This document shows, in pieces, positions 20,101 through 29,100 of a DNA stretch of 34,193 nucleotides. Source of the DNA: a virus. Taxonomy: Duplodnaviria; Caudoviricetes. The position numbers and the translations under genes are program-made. The number at the start of each line of letters is the position of its first letter. Position 1 is the stretch's first letter. The notes below the pieces were generated by a model, which worked only from the letters and a program-made list of their open reading frames with translations, did no database searches and had not been told where the DNA came from. The stretch spans positions 1 to 34,193 of the IMG/VR virus record IMGVR_UViG_3300007516_000067. One strand, written 5' to 3'.

Positions 20101-23100
20101 CCTGGGCCAATAAACAATAATGCGCCACCTGCATCAATACGGAATGGTGTGCCATCTTGGTCAACAACTATGTTAGCGTACTTGTGACCAACGGCATCGC
20201 CGTTTGCTAGCCACGCGTCGATGGCGAAATCACTTCGTACTTTGTCGAGTACTTGTTCATCTTCGCGGTATTTTTTTAGTGTGCTGCCATCACCCGAGAT
20301 GAACTTTGAAACTGTGTATATGTTGCCATTAAGAGTCCCTGAACCTATTTGCATCTGTGCTACGTTGACACCAAGTTCTTTGTACAATTCAAACGCTAAT
20401 ATTTCATTTTCAGCGTGCGTTAGAGACTGCTGTTCTTTTACATAGTACAAATTACCATCTGAGTCTTTATACGTTCCGCCAGCATTTGCGCCAAGCTGAC
20501 CTCCAACCACTTCAAAGTTTAGAACATCAAAACCTAATGCCGATTTGGCATCTTTGTCAGATGCCCCGCTAGGGGCGTCAACTTTTGGGCTTGGGTCTCC
20601 GCCTCTGTGCTTCTTAAGCCACGCCAATTGCTTATCAAGATCCGTTGGTCGTTTGCCTTCAGGAGTGCTTGGAAGCTCAACGTACGGATCTTCATCTGGC
20701 CCAATAACTGACAGTGTTGCTGGGTGCTTTGAGATCCTAGCAACACCAGCACCCCACTTACCCTTCTTAACTTTTGCTGGGTCGCGCGGATCAATGTCGT
20801 ATCTAACATTGACGTTTACCCAGTCGTTTTCGTTATAGCTCTCGACTGTGCCGGCGTAGCCCCACTTGTCACGGACGCGAGTGCCTGGCACAAGGAATGT
20901 TACACCGTCTCTCGCGTAGCCAACCGCACGTCCTTTAGGATCAAGAGCGTCTATTGGAGGTAGGCCCTTACCAGTTGGGCGCCAATAATATTGTCCGTCA
21001 AGAACATGCGTGATTGCTGTAACAGCATCTCTAAAGAAGTCCATATCAATCTGTGCGACGCTTGACGAGCCAGACGATGGAAGAGAGTCTATGATCGCGT
21101 TTAGTGCGGCCAGCGCCTCGTGTTCAGGCATCGCCCCGTCTGCTAGAGCCTTACGGATTTCTTTTACTTTTTCAAAGGCTTTTTTGACAACAGATTTGTC
21201 GGAACCCTTAAGTCCAGAGTCTTCTCCGTTGATGACAATGTCAGCAGTTTCTTCTAGGTCATTGAACATAAGTTCAATATCTTTTTCACGGCTAGCCGTG
21301 TCGTAGAACCGCTTTGTTTTATCCAGTGCATTGTTGTCGCCGCTGTTTTCCGCAGTTTCAATGGCCTCTGGCAAAACGTCATCCGGCGCCTCTTGTGTTC
21401 CGGACGGAACTGCCCCTTGCGGTGCGGGCACGTCACTTGGGCGCCACTCTGGATCAAGCGTTGGTACTGGTGGCGTCTGCGTTTCTGTCTGTGCTGGCAC
21501 CTCGAGCTTTGACAGACGGACCCTATCGGCAGCACTCGCTGCTTCAAGGAACAGGCTTTGAAGCTCTGGAAGATTGGCGCCTTCAAGAAGCTCTGAAGCC
21601 GCTGTTAGCCACTCTTCTGTGTCAACGTATTGCCCACCGTCATAGGCGTACAGTGATTTTTCAACAAGCTCGCGGACCTTCTTTACTTTCTTTTCATTCT
21701 TAGAGCTTAAATCTGCAAATTTCTCAAGCTGCACGTCTGCTTCTTTAACAGCATTTTTCAAAGACTTGACAAGTGCATCATCTGCGTTGACAGACGTTGC
21801 GTCTCTCGGGGCGGCCTCTGGTGACTCTGGCGTAGCCTCATTCTCACTAATGTATTCATTTATCCAGTCGAGTGAACCAACGTCTATTTGATCCTTCGAA
21901 CGAGTAACGGCAACATATGCTATTTTGTATTCTGTCGGATCAGGCATTGTCACTTCGCCTGTCTCCTTGTTCACTCTTGGACCGAAGAAATCACCCCAGA
22001 TCCACACCTTGTCCCACTCGAGACCTTTGGCTTGGTGCACTGTTGTTACTAGTACATCAATTTTTCCACTATCTTCTGAAGTGCTGCCGCCGAGCGCCTT
22101 GCTTAGTTTTTCAACAGCCGCTCTAACAGCAGCCGGGTCATCTTGGTCTTTGACAGGAACACGCCACTTTTTGTCATCATTGACTTTGTTGTAGTCCCAG
22201 CCACTTTTTCCAATAGCTGTCTTGTTCTCAAACGTTTTCCCTGTAAGGTACGGACCGTTCTCATCAACAGCATACTCGACGCCGTTGCCAAGAACACCGG
22301 TAGACCCGAGTGACAGGTCACCGATATTAGATGCTTTTGCATCACTTTCGCCGGTCGCGCGAACAATCTTAAGCCTGCCGATAAGCTCACTTACTCCGTC
22401 TATTTTGATTTCCTCTACGAGGTCAACAAACAGCTTAAGCTTCTTTGTCTCATCTCCCTGTTCAACTGCCTTGACAACGTCAGCCCACGACGCAAACGGG
22501 GCTAGTTCGTCGTGAAGTATTTTTGGCCTGTCCGCGCCTGTCATTAAGAACTGAGCGGTATCCCGTAGGTTCTCAAGATCACCCTTATAGTTCTTTGTCA
22601 CGCCAACAACGCGTCCGCGTCCGAGTTGGTCATAAATCGCACCCAAACCGCCGCTATTAGTGCGAACAAGAACCGCGTTCGCCGTATCAGCGAGGCTGCC
22701 TTGTTCAACAATAGACCCTGGGTTTACGTTTCCGCCAATAACACGCAATCCCTTTGAGTCAGCAACGCGTGGATCTGATTCAAGAAGACGCAGCCACTTG
22801 TTTCCTTCATTGGCAATAACGCTTCCGAATCTCCAAGACTTTGTAAGAGGAAACTCTTCTGACTCAAGCACTTTGCCAAGTTGGTTCTCTCCACCGCGGA
22901 ATCCGTAAATTGCTTGATTTTCATCGCCAACGTAGACCTTTTGCACGGTCTGATCGGCAATAACTTTTCCAGACACCGGGTTAATGTCTTGTGCCTCATC
23001 AAAGAATATGAAATCAACTCCGCGAGAAAGTCCAGAACCGGTCTTTCCTAGATCAGGCTTAGATAGTCCCCACATCTTCGTGAGCACCGTATTGGTAACT

Positions 23101-26100
23101 CGCATCTTTCCGTCTGGATTGATGTAGTCTTCCCACATCTTCTGTGCGATATCAACCATCCACGGCTTTCCAGCGCCGTCACCGTCACCAAAGTGTTTTG
23201 CACTAAGTTCCGCGTCGTCACTTATCATGAACGCATTAACGGCGTCACGGAACTCTTTTACAGCAGCCCTAAGCTTGAGCATCTCGCCGTCTGTAGCTTC
23301 AAATTCAGTAATTCCAAACAGATCTGCAATTTTCTTGTATTGCACAACATTTTCAGTTCTGCTAAACTTGGCTTGCATTTCTTTCGACGACCATCTATAC
23401 GATATCGCGTCATTTGTTATAACTTCAATATTTGTAAGACCGGCGTCGCGGAACTTCTTTTCTGCTTCAACCTGCGCTGATTTGTTGAACGCGATGTACA
23501 CGCCCTTTTCTGATTTCTTTTCTTTCTTCTTACGTTTTCCAGCAATCAACAATGTTGCTGTCTTACCGGTTCCAGCGAGTGCCTGTACAACAACATTCTT
23601 ACCAGCAAGAATGGCGTCAAGAATATTGCGCTGTTCCTCTGTTGGCATAAACGCTTCATCTTTGTACGGATCATTAGTGTCAATGCCGTCATGCACCGCA
23701 TTGTCAGTAGTCTGCGACTCAACGAGACCGCTTGGGAAATCATCTGGGTCAGGATCACCCAAAGGCTCTGGAGTCGCGTCACGAATAAGTGACGGAATGT
23801 CTGGCGTTGAGCAAGGCCCGTCTCCTGGGCCTACAGCGGCGGTAATACCAGCACCGCCGCAGTTCCACGCCGCTGCAATAGCTTTTGCTGCAACGTAATC
23901 GGCCAGTGCAACTTCGTATTCTTGCATTTCTTTAGTAAACTTCTCTGCGCCGACACGTTGACGCTCAACTTCTTCTTTATTGTTGAGTAGCGTTGTTGGC
24001 GTGTCTGGGTTGCTGACAGCGCGAGTCAACATTGCATCTGTGATCTCCCACGAAGCTTGCGCGTCCGCGTCAGCACGGTGCCAGTCTGGAAGCTTGACGC
24101 CGAGGTACTCGGCAATGGGCCCGAGGCTGTTTGACGCTCGAGTCTTTCCAGTTTCCTTGTTAGTTAGGGAAGGCCCGTCTGGTTTTCCCTGTGTCCACTT
24201 TGGAAGAGTGCCAGCGGAAATGTCTTTTGAGTCGACTGTGCCAGAGATCTCAATCGAGAGACCCTGCTCTTTGAGTACGCGCTGGAGAATCTCTATATCA
24301 AACGGAACATTCTGTCCGCCGATAATTACAGGACCTTCACCAACAAAATCAAGGAACTGTTGATGTGCGTCTTTCATAGATAATTGCCCAGCAAGCCATT
24401 CATTTGTAACTGGGGAAGTTCCATCTTGTTGCTTCAGTGCTGCGGCTGACCAACCAGAGAGTTCGTGCTCCGGGTTCATGTAGATACTTATGCTATCAAC
24501 GACCTTGCCGTCCTTGACGCGAACCGCGCCTATTTGCACTGGGCGGTTAAGGCCGCCTGCTTCAGGACCTGGAAGACCAGTTGTTTCGTAGTCTAAGAAT
24601 ACGATGTCAAGCGCGCGAATTGCATCAGCTGCCTCTTGCCATGTTTTTGCATTGGCAACTGCGTCAGCGGCAACACCTGTAAATGCTGGGCTTCCAGTGG
24701 CACGCGGCTTTTGTGGCCTGTGAAGTGCTGGCCTGTCACCCTTTGGTGGAATAGTACCGCCACGGGCAACAGGAATGACTGTTGCATCATTCCACTCTTT
24801 GCGCTGTGACTCGTGCCCTGGGAAGTATCCCTGAATACTTACTTTGCCCTTCGGCGTAGTTTCGTCGCGGAACACGCGCTCGATAACAAACGAATCAGCT
24901 GCGGTTACGTCGTTTGCCTGTAGATCTTGCGCCGCGTAACCGATGCTCTCAGTTAGTGGCACGCGATTGGCAAATGGATCTTCTGTTGTTTCTTTAATTC
25001 CGTAGAAATCAAGTATGTACTCACGACGACGCTTAAGTACGTCTTTTAGCGACGCGCTTTGTTCTGGATCGCTAATAGCACCGTCGATGATTTCATCGAT
25101 TCGACTTGGTTTAATGTCAAGAAGTTTTCTTGCGCTATCAGTCAATTGAGCCGGTGACATCGACTTGTATACGCGGCCCGCTGTTGCATTAATACGCGGA
25201 TCACGCATTGACGTGAGTTCAGCAACCTCCGGGCCAAACCATTCTTTATGACTACCTCGTGCGCGCCAGATGAGTGAGCCGCCCTGGTCAATTCGAACTG
25301 GATTACCGTTTGTGTCAACGATGATATTGTCGTATTCCATGCCAATAACGTCATAGTTCGACAACCACGCATCGATCGCAAAACCTTCTTGGATTTTAGC
25401 AACAAACTCTTTGTCATCACGCAGGCTATACATACCGGTAGTCGAGCCAGGTATCATTGGAGTGATGATTGCCAATTCGCCGTATTGCTCACCGAGCCCT
25501 GTCTCACCGGCCGTGATACCGAGTTCTTTGTAGAATGCCGAGCCCAACGCTTCCATTTCGCCGTGCGACTGGCTTTTTGCCGTTTTTACGTAATACTCGT
25601 TGCCGTCATCATCTGTGTGCACGCCACCGGCGTTCGACCCACTCGGACCTTCTTCTGAACGCGTCCAGTCACTGACGTCGCCGTATTGACGAATACCAGC
25701 GAATGCAGATGCCGGTGCGTTAGGTGCTGCCGGAGCCGCGCTTTCTTCTGGAATATTTGGCTGTTCTTTTACATACTTTTTAAGCTGAACAACGTACTCT
25801 TTTCCAAAAAAGCCGTCTTGCTCGCGGACCGCGTCGACAATAAACTCACCCACTGTCATTACTTCATTTTCGAAATAATGTGAGAATCCACTAACTGATA
25901 TGCCGTCTGCGTCACCGGCTTTGATTTTGAAGACAACGCGTGATAGCTTTCTACCCACCGTTATCAACGTGTCGCTGGCTGTCCCATCCGAGTCTGACGC
26001 CACCACCGAATGCGCACGAGGATCAATTGCAAAAATGAAACCTGGAGTCGTATAATTCTTAAACGACTCACTATCTTTGTCTATACCAATCACCCTAGCG

Positions 26101-29100
26101 AGATCGGTATCAGTAGGGCGTTTTGCTGCTGCGATGAGTCTGTAAAATGCGGCTGCAGTAGTTTCACTGTACAGACTGTCAGTGCCATTGGAAATATCAC
26201 TCTTCCCCGTGATAAACTCCGGGAAGCCGCCAAACTTCTTGTGAAGAGCATAGTATTGTTCTACGGCCATTTCGTGTGCAGCGTCTTCACCAATACCGGG
26301 GTTCTCAACGTCTACGAACGATCTAATCGCATCAATAATCGACATACGTGAGCCGGGCGTTCCAGTCTCAAAGTCAGCTAAGTCGCCATCTCCACCATCA
26401 ATCGACATGAATAATCCCCAGAACGCTCTAAACCCGTCTAACTCTTGAGGATCGTCACTTCTTGACCACGGAAGGTGCGAAATAAAGTCATTTGTAAGCC
26501 GCTCTAGTAAGCCTTCGTCACCGTAACCATAGTATATTGCATCCATCTCCATGTCAACGCGCATCTGCAGATCGGTTGCGAGCTCGATAATATGTGGGTT
26601 TGTTTCAGTGTGATTAGAAATAAGATTGAATGCTGTGCGTGCATTTTCTGGTTGACCAAGAAGCCCGTTCAGAGCCTGCGCTTTTTTCGCTGCTTCAATT
26701 CTCTCACCAACCGTGAGCTCATCGTCAATGGCGCCACTTCTCCAAATATTCTTTTGCGCGTTTTCTACATTTGTAGGCACGCCGCCGTCTTCTGTGAGAC
26801 CACGATCGTAGATGCCTGAGAGAATGGCCGTGTCGTTTACTCCACTTATTGCGAGAGCCTCAAGTAGCGCCTCAGCCGCAACAGGCTCGTTCCCACCTTG
26901 AAACTCAAGCTCGCCATATCCTGTCGCGGGCACGCCATCTTTTGGCAGAACAGCCTCTGAAAGTGCCTTCGCCAATTCTAACGGCTCAAACTTCGCAGAA
27001 AGAACTTCTGGATCATCAGTGTAGTCTGCGCTGTCTTGATTTGTTCTACCTTTTGGACTGTACGCTTGAAAGATATCTGGACGATACGCGCCTTCTGGAA
27101 CTGAGAATATCCCGTCAAACATTTCTTTATCAAACGGCATTTCAATGTCATCGTCATTGAGCCGGTCAGTCGGTGCTGTGCCTCCATCATCGTAGAACTT
27201 CGGTTTAGCGTTACTAATGTTGTCAGCTTGCCAGAGTTCGAAGTTTGCGACGTCGTCTAGTGGAACAGCAAAAGTGACAACGGCGTCCCCATCTGGAGTC
27301 TTTTCGTTGAGTACCATGACTCGCACGTTTGGAAACTTTTTCATGAAATCGCTAAGAATTCCGTCAAGAGTTTCATCAACGTTGACAATCACGTCAACGT
27401 CAGAGATCTTTGCTGGTTCCCCGTTAAGTCCTGTGCTCCCCGGCGCGTGTGGGCCTTTGCCTACAGGGGCGGGCTCACCTGGTGATACTAGAGGCGCTGG
27501 CCCGTATGTTGACTCGTAGAGCTCGCGCTCTTCGCGGGGTGTCCGTGTTTTTTTATTCTTCAACCACGCTATACGCTTCTCGCTATCATCACGTATTTTC
27601 TTAATTAAAGCGTCCTGATATGCTTTTTCCTTCGCAGCCTCGCGCTCTTTCCGCTCAATATCCTTCCTAATGCGCGCTAAAGCTTTTTCTGTGTAGCTAA
27701 CTAGCTCCGGATTCCCAGCTGGGATCTCGCTCTTTAGCTGCTCAATCACTTCCTTTGCGTCTATTGGAGATGGGGTATCCCGCAGGTCAGACAGTCCCGG
27801 GTATCGCCGTCTAAGGTTGCCGAGCTCAGCCTCCTCCTCGCGTGTTAGTGTTTTTTTGTCTTGTAATTCTCGTAACCGCTTTTTACGAGCTGCTTCCTCT
27901 GCAATTAGCCGCTCTGTCAGCCGCATACTTTCACGCGCTCTAGCGTCTGCTTGTTCTTTTGTTTCCGGCGCTCCTGGCTTAGCCGGCTCTATTGGAGATG
28001 GGATGTCTTGTTGAGTGATTGCTGGTACATACGGCCCTGCCCACTCGGAAGGAGGACCAAGCTTTGGTTTTTCGTAATACATTGGCGTGCCGCTAGCGCC
28101 AGGCTCTTTATAGACCGGTCCGCCTGTGCGCTCATTGATTACGTTTTGTTTGAGTTTGGCGACAACGAACTTATCTTTGGTGATTGCTGTAGTAAGTTCT
28201 TTCCAGGTTCCGAACTTGCCGAGTTGTTTGTTTTTTGTGTCGGGTGTTATTGCCCAGCCCATACGGATTAGCACTGGCGTGTCGCCATCCTCAAGCGTGA
28301 TCGTGTGCGTAGGCGGTCTTGTTGATCCGGGCGCGACGAGCCACGATGGCGGAATGAGCTGCGACTTTAGAACCTTGCCGTCTTTTTGCTCGAGCGGCAC
28401 AGACGTCCAGCCGTCAGGGAGCTTATCAATATCAAACCTAGATTCGAACTGCAGGAAGCCTGTAGGGGAACGGCCGTTCTTTATCGCGGCAAGAGTGTTG
28501 TTCACGTTTGATTGGAGATCGTTGTTGCCCATGCCTCGTGCCGCAGGCTTCATGTGATTATTGACTGCGTCAAGCGTTACCTGTGCGATATGCTTATTTT
28601 CGCCGTCAGGTATAGACTTTGGAATCTCAGTATTCGCACGTGCATTAGGCAGATTTGTGTCAAGCCACGCGGCCACGTTACGAAGCTCAGAAGAACCGTA
28701 GTAATCAGCGATGTCTTCCTCTGATGTCTTGTTGAACCAATTACTCTCTGGATCAAGACCAAAAAATGGATACCATTTATCAGCCGGGACATTTTTCTTT
28801 CCGCCAGAGCCAGTGCTTACATAGAACGGTACATCAACGCCGTTTATATTGACAATCGTCATTGGTCTTTTCGATACGTCAACGACGCGTGACATAACAG
28901 TGTTTCCGTTACTGTCAACTACCGGAATTGGCACTGACACCGCAGATGACATTTCAACGCCAGTATCAATGTCACGCCAGTTGGTGAGTGAGAACGGGTC
29001 AAATATTTGCGGTGTTGTTGTGAGTGTTGGTGCTTGGGCTGGTGGTTGCGCTGGGCCGTCGGGGGCGTAGACGGGCGGTGACATCTTGTTGAGAGTAAAT

